Shown here piece after piece: positions 1 to 13,424 of a stretch of 64,000 bases of DNA; positions within the stretch are counted from its first letter, which is position 1, and each line of letters begins with the position of its first letter. The notes below the pieces were generated by a model that searched no databases, was not told where the DNA came from, and saw only the letters and a list, made by a program, of their open reading frames with translations. Position numbers and translations under genes: made by a program. The stretch spans positions 186,001-250,000 of the forward strand of contig CM052816.1 of NCBI GenBank assembly GCA_028534125.1, in the 5' to 3' direction. Origin of the DNA: Lama glama (lineage: Eukaryota).

Positions 1-3000
1 TGCAGAGAAGCCCCTGGCACAGACATGGAGCCATGGCCCCATCCTGGGGTTCCTTTCCGCTCACCACCAGCAGCGTGTCCTCCCCACCTCGCGCGCCTGT
101 ATCCCATCACACTTCCCCCAGCCTGGCTCAGCTGGTCCCAGAGTTGGCCATGCCCCACTCCTCACTCCTCACCAGGCTGAAATGTATGTGGTCAGGTGTC
201 ACGGAGAGGTGGGTCCAGCCAGGCTGCCTGCTCCCAGTGGGACCTGCCCCTCCCTTTGTAGAATTTCCACAAGGATGGCACCTGTATCACCAGGCTATGA
301 AGTCCCATGGAGTATTCGCTCTCCTTCCTCCCCTCTGGACCCCTTGTAGCTGCTAGATAAGATTTTGTTGAACAAATGAATAAAGGAATGAATGAATGGA
401 ACCTTTCCTATGAAAAACAGAAAGTGTATCAGATGGCCTGTGCTTGGGGACATAAGGACACAGCTAACTGTTTTTAAACCTCCCCCCCCCGACTGAGCCC
501 CCCGGCTCTGGGGCTGGGTCCTCCTGATAGACCTCGGCAGCTCTGCCTTGGTCTCCCTCCCTTCCTCTCCAGGTGACACCCTGGAGGTGTCTCACACTTT
601 GGTGCTTCCACATTCCTTCCCCAACGAAACGTGCCGCTGCCGCCCAGGGAAGCGGGCAAAAGCATGGCCGCGGGCACGGGAGCCTCTGCCCGCCTGCTGG
701 GACTTGCGCAAAGTATGTGTCAGTAATCCCAGCTCGGCCCGGTGGGGCAGGAGGGGGTGCTGGGAGGGCTGCAGGCAGGGCTGTGCCGCCCAGGGGCTGG
801 GAAGGGGTGGCCCCCAAGACCAGGGACCCAGGTCTTAGAACCCCTCCCCACAGGTCTTCTTATTGCAGAAGGTGCTCTAACCTCTGGGGCGAGGTCTTCC
901 AGGTAGGAAAGAGAGAGCGTGGATGCATGTGGGCCCTTCCTAGAGACCTCACAGCAGAGAGAAAGAGAAGACAGAGCCTGGAAGGCCTTGGGCCAGGTCA
1001 GCACCCCTGGGGGAGTCTCGGTCCTGGGAGCCTCCGGGACAGCTCCATACAGAAAGGGCCGAGCCTACCCATCAAGCCATCTACCCACACGGCAACCAGC
1101 CCCACACTCAGTACCTCCAGTCTGAGGACAAAAACCTGGTCCAGCTGTGGAGAGCTGTGGAGAGTCTTGGGGGCAGGACAATCCTCATGTGTCAGCAAGA
1201 GGGAGACATTTGGGACCAGCCAGAGCCCTCCTTGGTAGGGACCCTGCAGGCAGGGTGGGCAACAGAGGCCACCAGATCAGAACTGGACAGAGATCTGTGC
1301 CCTTGAAGGACAAGAGAAGATGTGACCTTGCTCTCCAGGGTCGGCCCCTCTGGCCCAGACACGAGAGGATGTGCAGGCGGAGGCGGCAAGCTTCAGCAGG
1401 ATCCAGAGAGGGCGGCCAGCTAGGCTGGGAGCACAGAGCACTTCCTGGAGAGATGGCCCTGGATGACGTGTTGGTAGAATGTGCCCCGCCGAGGTGTGGC
1501 TGGAGCCATCGTGCCCATTTCTCCCTCCCCTCCAGGAGCCTCTGATTGAGTGTGGTCCGCTACCTCCTTGGCCAGACGGGGAAACTGAGGCTCAGGAGGG
1601 GCAGATAGAAGCAGTTATATCAGTGAATGATACAGCTGTTGCCCCCACCCTGCCTCCAGCCCTAGCCAAGCCCTCCCTGTGTAGAACCCCTCTCTCTTTG
1701 AGGAACTGTGCTCTTTGAGAATCCCAGCTCTCCCCTCAAAATGCACACAGCCACAGGCAAGGGCAGAGCTGTGCCTACAGGTCATGGATACCTTGTGTTT
1801 GCTGAATTTTCTTACAGAAAGAAATCAGACTAGAACTCAAGAAACCTAAAAGGCTGCCACCCCATTAAGACCTGCCTGGTAACGGTACACAGGCATTTAG
1901 CCTCTCTGATTGTGTGTTTGCCCGCGGTGGAGCCGGGAGCGGACAGGGGTTGTGGGGGAGAAGGGACTGCCTTTGCTCCCAGCCTCCGTCCACAAGGAGC
2001 GACTTCTGTCATCTGGCCTGGCCACACAATTGTAGTAAAATCCACTTGCGTGAAAGCCATCAGCCCGGGGGTGGGGTGGGGGGCAAAGCTGGTCCAGGCT
2101 GGGTCCCGGGCGGCCTCCCTCCCCTGCATGTCACAGCCAGTGCCTCTGCTCTATCCTGAGCAAGACTGTCTGGCAAGGCGCCTGGCCTTTCAACAGCGCA
2201 GTCCTTCAACAGGAGCTAAGGAGGGAGGAGGGAGAAAAACCATTAGAGCTTTTGGGCGGCAGGCGTGGCTCACGTGGCCCCAGCCACAGGCTGGAACCGG
2301 AGTCTAGAGGGGCCACTTTGCAAACTTCACACGTGTGTGCTCTGGCTTGAAAATGATGCCTTCCCACCCCTGGTCCTGAAAAAAATTATCACTAAAAAAT
2401 TAGCCAACAATAACATTCACAAAAACCTGGTGGTAGGGGGGAAATGCGTTCATTATCTTACCGGCTTCATACAGGCATTTCCCTCACTATAGGTTCTCAT
2501 TTCACTCACACATTTTTCATGATCATAAAAACTGTGCAGAACAGATTGTGTTCTACTCTTTTAAGGCTTACCATCATCCGTTAAACATTTTGCATCTCTG
2601 GGACCTTCTCAGTGACGGCACTTGCAGGTACTCAGGCCTGGGGGGGGGCGGGGGCTGTGATCTGTTTGCCTGACCTTTGGCCCTTCCTGCTGCATGGACA
2701 TGGACGGCCCTGCAAGGAGGACGTCTCCAGAGCTGGAGTTCCGGATACAGGCTGAGGACTTGGAGGGGGAAAGAAGCGCCATTATCTGGGGCAGAGCCGG
2801 GGGCGAGGGTTGCTTTCAGTTTGGAACACTCTGGTTTTGAGGGGCCTTTGGGACATTGGATGTGACATCCAGCCAGACAGTGAAAATGTTAGCTCCCCAG
2901 CCAGGTGTTGGCTGAAGGTGTGGGCGTGGTCACTTCCTGGGGTGCCCTCCTGCACTTCAGGGTTGGCAGCAAGAAGAGAAATGGAACAAATTCCTCAAGG

Positions 3001-4114
3001 GCTGAATCATGGTGGCCAGGTGCAGGGTGAAGGAAATGGGTGCAGTGAGGGCAGGCTGGCCTCTTGGCCTCTCCCTGCAGGCTGGGCAGGGCCCTTGTGC
3101 CCCTGTGGTTCCCAGGCCCCCAGGACCAACACCCCAGGGCATGGCAGCACATCCCCCTTCCCCCCAGCTTTCCCTGGGGCTACAGGACATGGCTTTTGCC
3201 CTCCAGGGCAGGGCCAACTGTTGCCTGGAACATCCCTCGGTGGAGGAGGAAGAGAGGCATCGTGACCCCGAGGCAATGTCAGGACCTCAATGCAACCCAC
3301 ATAGAGGAGCCTGAGGGTAAACAAGGGGTGACTGATCATGGGCCCCTTCCCCAGTGCTTGCCCGAACACCCCCCCATATAAGTAGCCCTAAATCAGACAC
3401 CTCCTGTCCCCAGCTGGACCCCAGCTTGGACATCTGCATGTGAGAGGCTGTGGAGGTGGGGCAGAGATTGGAGAACTAACCCAGGCTGAAGCCCCAGACA
3501 CCCAGGCCGGAGCTCAGAGTGGGTTCCTGGGAGGTTAATGTGGCCTGGTCCACACTTGTGACCCCTCCAGAGGGCCCCTCTTAGCAACACTGGACAGATG
3601 GCCCCGGGTTTGCCTCCTCGGGGCCTGAAAATGGGTGGCCAGTGCCCTGCTCCAGCATCACCCTTCCCACCACAACGCGTCTGGATTGTTCACTGGTGCT
3701 ACATCCTTCGTCTGTCTCCACCTTGCTCTTTTGAGGATCCTTGCCACCTCTAGAGGAGTGATGGCATCTGGCCTCCTGGTGGCCTTGCTCCTCGCTGGCT
3801 CTGGGACACTGGGCTGGAAGGAGGCGAGTGGCCAGCCCTATGGAGACAGATGGGGCCCATGGAGGGCGGGCCTCACGTCCTGGCCCCATTCTGGAGCCTG
3901 GCAAAGCACACCCTCCCCTGTCTCTATAACTAAACTCATGTTCTTAAAGGGAAATTTAAGAGTTCACTGGAAGTTTCTTGGAGTCTAGAAGCAGAAACCA
4001 AAGGTGAATCCTGACTGCCGGAGCAAAGGATTTGGATTTGAAGCTTTAGGAGGCTCCCTTGTCTTGAAGTCCTAGAACTGGAAGCTGGACCTACCTTCAG
4101 CAATCCCCAAGTCT

Positions 4115-4260
4115 GTGGTTCTCAAACACCAGCAAGCGTCAGAACCCTCCCTCTCCAGCAGGGCCTGTCGAAATAGAGCACTAGCCACAAATTTCTGATC
4201 CAGCAGGTCTGGGATGGAACTTGCATTTCTGATATGGTGCACATGCTGCTAGCCCAGGGG
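4115..4260. mobile_element. MER5-like hAT-Charlie MITE fragment
   Basis: gtggttctcaaa terminus and tttctgat..cagcaggtctgggatgg..ttgcatttct internal motif. Confidence 0.55.
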
Positions 4261-4517
4261 CCGTCCAAAGAGGACCCAGCTCTCACCCAGCTGCCCGGCA
4301 CGTTGGCTTGGGAAACCAAGGTGCAAAGGGTCCTAAAGCAGCAGCAAAATCGACGAGCCAGGGGACAGAGGGGGGCCACCACCCACATCACCCCTCGGTG
4401 ACAGTTCTGTGGTAGAAACGGGGTCATATCAAATCCAGGAGACCTGTGATGCTCTGTGTCTTTTGGGTTTAGTGGTGGCTGTATGGGTTTTGTCTATTAA
4501 TATGTTAACTTAGTCTC

Positions 4518-4884
4518 TGTTGTGGATTGCATGTTGATGTCCCCCCTAGATTTGTATGTTGAAACCCTGACCCCCGATGTGATGGTGTTAGGAGGTGGGG
4601 CCTTTGGGAAGTGATAGGGTTAGATAAAGTCATGAGGGCGGAGCCCCTGTGATGAGAACAGTGTCCTTATAAGAAGAGGAAGAGACATTAGAGCTCTCTG
4701 TCTGCTATGTGGGGACACAGCGGGAAAGTGGCCGTCTGTGAGCCAGGAGCCCTTCGCCAGAACCCCCACCGTGCCGGCACCCTCATCTCAGACCCCCAGC
4801 CTCCAGGACTGTGAGAAATCACCGAGTGTTGTTTCGGCCACCCAGTCTGTGCTGTTTGTTGTGGCAGCCACACTGACCAAGACA
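4518..4884 (+). mobile_element. MaLR solo LTR (MLT1A-like)
   Basis: TG...CA termini with hallmark blocks atgtgatggtgttaggaggtggggcctttgggaagtga, gtccttataagaaga, cccagcctccaggactgtgagaaat and the end gaccaagaca. Confidence 0.85.
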
Positions 4885-5489
4885 GTTGTTCATAAATGTT
4901 AGCTTGTGTGTACTGTTTTTAATGCATTTAAACAGCAGTATAGTGTATAGGAAAGTGGAGGTGGGGAGCCTTGGGAAGGCAACATGTGGAGACCTCCATC
5001 CTGTCATATTAACTTGTTCATGTTGATCAGGTCTTCCTCCAGCCCCAGCTTTTCAGTCCAAGAGGTTCCCCGGGGCTCCACCTACCAGGTTGTGCAAGTC
5101 GCAGAGAGTTATGCAGTGGGCGGGGCTGGGCCCAGGGCGACATGGGTGATGGTGATTGGCCAGGTGGGCCAGGTAAGCAGGTAGGCAGTGGCAGATGGCA
5201 GGTGGAGGCAGAAGCATTGCCAAGGGCTCGGAAGGAAGAAGTAACCAGCCTCCAAGAGAGAGGCGCTGGCACATGGGGAGGGGTGGTGCTGGGGACACAG
5301 GCAGAGAAGGGGAGGGGAGGGAAGAGCTGTCTAAAGGCCAAGGTGATTGGCCCTTGAAGGTGGCAGTGGCTTGAACCCTTGAGCTACACATGGAGGGGCT
5401 GCTACCCTGCGAGGTTCTGTTCCTTCTGGCCTGAGCAGCTTGGAGGGCGAGAGAAGAGAGCCAGCGTGAGCAGAGGAGGGAGACGGAGA

Positions 5490-5930
5490 ATATTTAGACT
5501 TTGCTGTGTGACAAATGACCAGATTTCTGGCCTCAAACAGCACCTGTGCATTAGTTCACAGCTCTCAGGTCTAAAGTCTGGGTGTCTGGTCTGTGTTCCC
5601 TGCTCAGGGTCTCCCGAGGCCAAATTCAAAGCATTGGCCAGTCTGGGAAAGAATGTGCTCCCAATCTCACCCAGCTGTCAAATTCTGGTCCTTATGGTCC
5701 CCATGTACTTCCAGCTGTCTGCCAGGGTGGGTCTCGGCTCCTGGAGGCCACCTTCTGGTCCTGGAACTCGGCCCCTTCATCTCAGACCCAGCAGCAGCTT
5801 CAGATTCGGCTAAAGCTGGAGGGTCTGCTTTGAAAGCATATGTATGGTTAGATTAACTCCGCTTGGTGGCCCTGATTTATGTCCGAAGCAGGTCCCACAG
5901 ATACAGCAAGTGTGATCTGCCTGTATTCAC
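5490..5930 (-). mobile_element. MaLR LTR (MLT1 family), degraded
   Basis: gctgtgtgacaaatgacc...aaacagcac...ttcacagctct...tcagggtctcccgaggccaaattcaaag, typical of reverse-oriented MLT1. Confidence 0.55.
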
Positions 5931-7019
5931 AGTCCTAGTCAGGAGAGGGGAGACTCCTGGGGCCACGTCAGAATCTGGGCTTGGTGGGCCGGAGAGCGGG
6001 AGAGTGGCCGCCTCCTTCTGGGGGTGCTCAGCTGCCCTCTGTCCCACCCCTCAAACCACACATCCCCTCCCAAATGCTCCTGAGCAGCCTCCCTCTGGGT
6101 GTCAGACCCCTGGGACAAGGAAGCGACATCTTTATATGTAACTACCGCTGACCGCAGTTGAACTCACCTTCAATTATGAATGGAGGTGACAGATTGTAGC
6201 AGCGTTTGGTTTCTGAGATGCTATCACTAAGAGAAAGCAGATACTTTCATCTCAGATGACAGTTGGTTCAGAGATTACAAAGTGTCATCACGCTCTCAGC
6301 CCACCATGTAGGCTCGATAAAGAAACACACACATCGTCCTGAATCACAAGCTTGTTCCCTGTTGTTGTAACGTGGTTGTACCCATCGCTTGTTCCCTTGT
6401 AACTGTTTCCCTCTCTGCATGATGTGGGACGATGACTTGACTATATAGTACAGAGAGTTTCTGCAGGGCGAACCCACTTCCCTAGTGTTCACATCTTAAC
6501 ATGACTGGTACCTTTCTCAGAACGGAGAGACCACGCTAGCGCACTGCCATCAGCCAGACACTGGCTGACTCCACCAGTCTCTCCATGGACGTCCTTTCTC
6601 TGTTCCAAGATCTGACTTGGGAAATCAGTTTGCATTTGATGTCATTGCATTTCACGTGCCCTGGGAACTTGGGGAGACATAGAGCACGAAGGTGATGGTG
6701 TCCTGTAGGTGCGGGACTTTTCAGTTTCGAACACCCCACTCCCACTAAGCTGCCTCTAGTCCCTGGCCAGACCCTCGGACAGGACTGTACGTGGTTGTCC
6801 CTGAAGCCTGGGGCCCAGCCTGGGGCTGCTCCGCACCCTCCTGTTCAGCCCCCAGCCCTCAGTCAGAGTGCCCCCAACTTCCTCCCAGAAGGGAGTGGGA
6901 GGAGGGGTTACAGATCTTGGTTTTCCAAGTATTGATCAATTGGGGTCATCTACCGTCTCTTCATATGAAACATTTGAATCCTGGGGATGGTGAGGGGATA
7001 GCATATGTCCAGTCTGGAT

Positions 7020-7165
7020 TTTTTTTCCCCAGCTTTACAGAGATATGATTGACATATAAGATCATGTAAGGTTAGGGTGTACAATGTAATGATTTGATGT
7101 ATATACATGTAATGATGATGGATGCATTGCTAAATGATTACCACACAAAGTTGGTGAACACATTT
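7020..7165 (-). mobile_element. LINE-1 3' end fragment
   Basis: T tract then agctttacagagatatgattgacatataa...gtgtacaatgtaatgatttga, an L1M 3' UTR signature. Confidence 0.7.
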
Positions 7166-10100
7166 GGATTTTTAATATGATATTTTTTATGAACCAATTT
7201 ATCCCTCAAGGCTCAGCGAAAATTTAGTGACCTGATGAGCCCCCTTGATCCTTCCCTGCCTCTTGTCTCCCACACACTGGCCCCTCCCTGTCTGATGGAA
7301 CCCCCTAGCTCTCTGCCCTCTTCAGGTGGGTCTGCATCACCCAGATCCTCTTGGCTGCCCAGCTCTGGAACAGAGAAACCTAAAGGAGCCATCAGGTCCA
7401 GAGAGGGTGGGAGAGGGATCCAGTCAGGCTTGGTGGAGGCCAGAATAGTTGGAGGGGCATCTGGGCTGGGGGCTGGCCACCAGCATCCTGGTGGTGCTCA
7501 GGGAGGTGGCGATCTAGGGCCTGACCAGGAGGACGGCCAGGAGGAGGCGGGGGTAAGGGAACTGACTCAGCTTGAATGAGCTTGGGGAGAAGCTGTGAAC
7601 TGGGGGGTCCCACTCTGCTTTCCCTGGAGCCGTGGCCTGACGGCACGAAGGGAGGTGGGGAGGGGCCAAGGGAGGAGCAGGCTCTACGCTTTCTGTGGGA
7701 GGCTGTGGGGTTCTGGGGATGAGCACCTCACTCCTCCCCCAGAATGAGTCCTGGCCTCTGGACTGGGATTGGCAAGGACAGAGAGACTGAGCCCTCTGTT
7801 TCTTTCTGTCTGAATTCAGTGACCCCTTCTTTGCCCACTTGTTCCGAGTCTCCAAGTACATTCAACCAGTGAAAAGTCACCTGAGTGGATTTTCCTTCTG
7901 GTGGACCCTCTTTGTCTCTTTTCTAGTTCAAGCCAGGCTACTGGCAGCAGAAAAGAAGAAAGAGGGAACCCCATGAACCCTAAGGGCCAGCTCCCTGAGA
8001 AAGGCTCCAAGAGCAGAGCCATGCAGGACAAACCTTTCCCTAATGCTCCATCAGAAAATATTCCAGCATCCAGGAAAGATGCAAGACTTGGACAGAGAAC
8101 ATTCATGTACCCATAGCTCACATTTCACTCGGCCTGGTTTATTCCATGTCTAACCACCCCTTTATCCACCCAACTATTCATCTCACGCTTTTATATAGCC
8201 CTCAATCCATTGTGCCCCTGAACAATTTTATGGGGTAATCGTCAAGTAGACTTCAACATTTGTTTGCAAATCACATCCCCTGTGGCGCATCAAAATGTGG
8301 AACAAGTGGACGTGGAGCATCCTGGCTCACAGAGTGGAGGAACCAGAGCCTGTCAGGGCAGCCTCGCCTGGAGTCACAGCTCATCCCTGCTTGTGAATGG
8401 AAGCCCCCTCAGTCCCAGGCCAACTGGGACCATTGGCCCTAGCCCCATCTCACCCGCCAGTCTCTGAGGCCCCTCTGCTGGGGCTCCTGTGTACTCCGAG
8501 GTGTGTAGATTGGAAACCACTGGCCTGGCCCTCACAGTCACCTCTCTGGCCTGGCATTCTGCCCAGGCCTTCAGGACTGGCCACAGCAGCTCTTTCTTGG
8601 TCTGAGGCTGAAGGAGCCTGGTGAGTGACCGGCCGAGCCAGCCAGAGGGAGGTGAGAGATGGACTCCGAGCTATCGGAGGCACCATAGAAGCTGCTGAAG
8701 AATCCTGAGCCAGGGTCCTGGTTCTGCTCCACCCCGCCCCTGCCCTGTGTTCCAGCTGCTGCCTTCATGAGGCCACCTGGCTGCTCAGCTCTCAGGGCCC
8801 CTCCCTATGAGTCCTCCCGTTCATTGCAGAGGGTGTCATCCCAAACTCCCAGGTCACATCCTGCCAGTGCCGTGGGAGGTGGGGGCATGATGCTGGGCAA
8901 AGGTGGGAGGTAGGGACATTTGAGGTCATTGTGAAAAGCACCACATGGTGGAAACAGACAGCTGACCTCAGCCAGGGTCAGGCAGAGCCATCCACATGTG
9001 GCACATGGGCCGACATGGACAGCGTGATCACTGGGGCCAAAACAGGAATGTCTCAGTTGGAGAGGGGAGGGGTTTTGAGTAGAAACTGGCTGGAGCCGGT
9101 CGGGCAGGAAGTAGAGGTGATGATGTTCTGAAGGAGATCCGAGATCCGGGGACTTTTGCCCTCTGTTTTACAGGTGGGAGGTTCTCCGTGAACGTGTGGG
9201 CTGAGAGTGGCAGAGGGCACACAGCTCAGACACGGCCCACCTCCCCCACTGCCTCCCGCCACCCTCCCCTGGACATCAGACCTCAGCCGGGAGTGAGCAG
9301 AGCTGATGTATCTTCTCACCTTCTCTCACCCTGCCTGCTGGGTGCCCCCAAGAGCAGAGACCACTGACAGTGGCCTGCATGCCACCTCTCATTCCAAGTG
9401 CCCGCTTCCCCCGTCAGTCCCCGATCTTTCAACCCATGCTTTCATCCACCAGGAAGCCGAGCACCTAAGTCAGCACAGGGGTCCCCAAGAGGCATCAGAG
9501 GTGGCCCCCTGAAGTCTCCACTCAGAGCCATCTGTGCAGGGCAGGGTGAGGCCCAGGTCACAGAATACTTCCTGGAGGAAAGGCCTCACAGCTGGGTGAC
9601 ATCAGAGGGCTGCCTTTTCTGCAAACCTGGGGGGGCCCAGACTGTGGGGTGGGTGTGAGAGAACACTGGGCAGGATCAGGCCCGGCTGGGCACCCAGCAC
9701 TCAGTAGCCTCTGCAGGTAGTGACGGATCATGCAGGGGAACCAGCCAGCCACAGTCACGTGCCACCCTGGGAGCGCAGACTCGGGCAGGGCCCTGGGGAG
9801 GTCTGTGATATCTGGCATGAGGTCATGGCTGGTTTTGGGCTCATCAAGGCATTGAGGCAGAGGATGGACAGGATGGAGAGTGTGTCCAGGAAGGAGGATC
9901 AGATACTGGGGCATGGATATGAGAGGGGCCTAGAAGGCCAGGAGTCTGGTCTGGAGCCTTCAGGCCTTCCACAGGACAGGGGACACTGGGCATGGACACC
10001 CACAGAAAGGAGGCTTAGCTCCACTTGGGCACCTGGCTGCAAGGTGCCGTGGACACTCCTTGGGGGAAGACAGGTTTTAACTCTTGAGAAATGTGCTTGA

Positions 10101-11709
10101 TTCTGAAGGGGGAGCAAGCAGAGGACAGAGGCTGCCTGGTATGCCTGGAAATGGTGGGCAGGAGGGCAAGAGATGAGAGGACACCATACACGGGAAGACC
10201 TATGTTCAGGATTTCCAAGAAGTCGCCCTCTCCCCAGCCAGCTAGCCAAGTAAGGCAGAACTACGTACATGCTGCAGAGGGGAGGTGGGGAGGGTGATGG
10301 TCACACAGGAGGACAGGGGCACTGTGGGGGAGAGAGAGCACTCTGTGTGGCTGTGGAGATGCATGGGACAAAGCCCCACATCTGAGATGTGGGTAGAGAC
10401 AGAGGAAGTGTGTGGAGAGGCTGAGGCTGTAGGAGGAAGGGGCCAGCTGGACAGATGCGCATTCTAGCAGGACCGCAGTAAGGAATGCTCTCTCTGGGTC
10501 GTCCGGTGGGGCATCTCCAGATGCTGAAGGGTGTGGGTTTTGTGCCTCCAGGCAAGGCAACCTTTGAAGATTTTGAAGACTAAGAGGGGAAAAATGATTG
10601 GATCTGATCTCTATTTCCAGAGGGCAGATTTGTTTCTCTCAGAGACAATGATTCCTGTTTCCTGTCATTCTCACCACAGCTGGATGAAATTGAGTTAGAC
10701 TCAAAGTGGGACTTACTGAAAGTCAGCATCATGATGCAGGTGTGTGGTTTGCTGAGGGACACAGAAACCTTTGTCCCACCTCCTCAGGGGTCCTCAGCCT
10801 TCCCAGGGGAGAGGAGGTGCCAAACAAGAACCTCTGGGGGTCCAGCTGAAACATTTATAGAACTTCCAATGCCTTGGTTTCCCCACCAAACAAAGGAAGA
10901 CCTTTCCACTTGGATCCCAGCGGAGCAAGCTTCCAGGCAAGCGGGGACCATACTGCCAGGCTGAGGGGCCGTTCTGGGGATCTGCTCCGCTCTGGGCCCA
11001 CAGCGCACCACACCAGACGGCCCAGAGGAAAGAGGGGGCGCCCTGAGGGGCAGGAGAGAGCAAGTGAGGCCAAAGGCCTGAGCGAGCGTGGGCAGCTTCT
11101 CTGCACTACGAGAATCCGCAGGTGTCTGGGGAGTGTGTGAGAAGCCACAGGATGCTGTTCCTCTGGGACCACTGCACCCCGAGTGGTCCTCCTGGATCCA
11201 CAGGGCCTCTCACGCCTTGGTCTTCACCTAAAAGTCTGCACAGCCCCTTCCCAGAGGCCCTGGAGAGCCTTTGTGATATCAGTGGTTGCTGCGAGCCAGG
11301 CTTCCACAGCCGGCCCTGAAAAGCAGCGGTTGCCACACAGTCACGCACATGGAGCATCCAACCAGGGGCGAAGAAAGCGCTGAGATGCGGAGGAGTTGAG
11401 CAGAGCTCTGCCGATGAGAGCCCATCCCCCTACCGCAGAGACGCATCCATAAACAGGAGGACCATGGGTCACGCTCAAAACTGGCCAACACGACCAGAGG
11501 TGGCAGGACCACGGGTCATCCGTCGGCTTGGATGAATATAATGACATGTCACCATGGGATTGGAGCCCCCAAAGGGACCTGGTGGTTCTTCCTCTTAAAT
11601 CAAAGTGCAATCACATGTAGTAAAATGACCCTGCTTCAGTCGGTTTTGACACCTAAACACATGTGCAACCAACGCCTCCATCAAACACAGAACACTTTCA
11701 CCACCCTGG

Positions 11710-11880
11710 ACCAGTGTGGTCCAGTGGAACTTTCCACAGTGACCAAAATGTTCCATGTCTAACCATCCAACATGGTAGCCACAGGCCACACATAGCTGGT
11801 AAGGAACCAATTTTTTTTCTCATTCTTTTGTCATTTAGCTTAACTAAAATTACATAGGCATGTGGGGCGAGTGGGAACCA
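11710..11880. mobile_element. MER3-like hAT MITE
   Basis: ccagtgtggtccagtggaactttcc...aatgttcca...ccaacatggtagccac. Confidence 0.6.
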
Positions 11881-12647
11881 TTTTGCAAAGCGCAGGCTGA
11901 GAAATGCTCCCTTGTGCACCACCCTGCCAGGGAGATCCCTGCCCTTTGCCTCAGCAGTCCGCTCCCCTCGATTTCCAAGTAGCATCACACTGCGAGGGTA
12001 AACAGGCTGTTCATCCATACTTCTATGAGTGCGTACTTGGGTGGTTTCCAAGTTTTTCTCTGATGATCACAGCCCTGTGACTATTCTTGAGCACATCTTA
12101 TCGTGGACATATACTTTTACGTCTGTTGGGTAAATAGCCAGAAGCCGGCTGGCACAGCGGGAATGAGTTCAGTGGTGATTTTCGCCTGTGTGTTTTATCC
12201 ACTGCTGTGCCTTCGGAAGTAGTCCTCCTCCCCCTGCCGCAGACCCAGCAGCCCCCGCTCTGGGCACCCATCGGCTGACCCAGTGTCACACTGTTTCCTC
12301 CGGCTGTGGTCTCTGCATTCCCAGACAGTTCCAGGGTACTGCTGTCTCCACCTTAGCAGAGCAGAGGGACCCTGCAGTTGTGCAGAGAAGCAAACAGCCC
12401 TCCATCGCTTCCTTTCTGTCAATCCATGTGCACATCTTGAGTTTTGTGCTAAGTCTCAAGTACAGGGTAGGGACAGACTTCCTCCAAGGTAGAAGCACCC
12501 TGGAATGCATGAGTGTCCGGAAGGAAAGGGCCTGCGTGCATCCTCCAAGGAAGGTTTACCCCAAGGCAGGCCTGGATGCTGCTCCTGTCTCGTGGGCCAG
12601 CAAGTCACCTCCTCCACTAACCAGGCCTCCTTGTCCTCCTCCCCCAG

Positions 12648-12889
12648 GTCCCTGGCTGTCGGGCCCCAGTACTCATCTCTGGGCACGCAGCCCATCCTCT
12701 GCGCCAGCATCCCCGGTCTTGTACCCAAGCAGCTGCGCTTCTGCCGGAACTACGTGGAGATCATGCCCAGCGTGGCAGAGGGTGTCAAGATCAGCATCCA
12801 GGAATGCCAACACCAGTTCCGCGGCCGCCGGTGGAACTGCACCACCATCAATGACAGCCTGGCCATCTTTGGCCCTGTGCTGGACAAAG
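12648..12889 (+). CDS. WNT3A: Wnt-3a coding exon 2 (242 nt; SLAVGPQYSSLGTQPILCASIPGLVPKQLRFCRNY...FGPVLDK)
   Basis: Pyrimidine tract plus cag acceptor ending at 12647; AAG|gtacac donor at 12890. Translation matches the Wnt3a N-terminal region, including the RRWNCT sequon (N87 at 12835-12837). Phase fits exon 3. Confidence 0.97.
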
Positions 12890-13424
12890 GTACACACGGC
12901 ACCCATCACGGCTTTCAGGGCAGATGCGGCAGCCCAGCGCTACGGGTGCAGCAGGGTCCAAGCCTGCTCCCCCATCAGTGGGGATGGGCACAGGCCACAA
13001 GCCACTCCATCGCTCCCTGCCTCCGTGCCTCACCTATGCCCAGGCGTGGGAGCAGCAGCTCCAGCAGGGGAGCAGTGCTGCACAGACCTCGTTACTGTAC
13101 GAACTCCCGCGTGGGTCCTTTCCAACTCTCTCCTGCTCTGTAGGCTGCTCCTAGAGTTTGGGAAGGATGTAGGATCCTGCTTCTCCTTCCCCAAAAGGCA
13201 ATTACGCAGTTGCACTGGGGTAAGATTAATCGTCGCAGTTTTTCTGTGGGAGCCAGGACTTCTGGCAGATCTTGGGGAGAAAATACAAACAAACAAAAAC
13301 ACAGGAAGGGAGAGGCTTGGGGACCACAGAGGCACACAGCAGAAGTTATCCCAGGTCCTGGAGGAGGACCTTGGATAATCCAAGGAGGTTATTTGGGGAA
13401 GGAGAGGAAGATAAGGAGGGCTGG

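Noticed and set aside
33..356. ORF starting MAPS..., superficially like the WNT3A start (MAPL...)
   Set aside because: No hydrophobic signal peptide, no YPIWW, no donor after 71 nt and no CpG island; not exon 1.
2326..2339. TTCACACGTGTGTG T-box/E-box-like palindrome
   Set aside because: Isolated; CA/TG-type palindromes are frequent in this window.
6164..6189. Small hairpin TCACCTTCA...TGGAGGTGA
   Set aside because: Too short for a pre-miRNA and common by chance.
11458..11518. Direct repeat AGGACCAYGGGTCA x2
   Set aside because: Only two copies and no supporting context; not a CRISPR-like array.
12188..13378. 396-aa ORF overlapping exon 2 in another frame
   Set aside because: GTG start, Pro/Ser-rich, no recognisable domain, crosses splice sites; explained by GC-rich stop-poor sequence.
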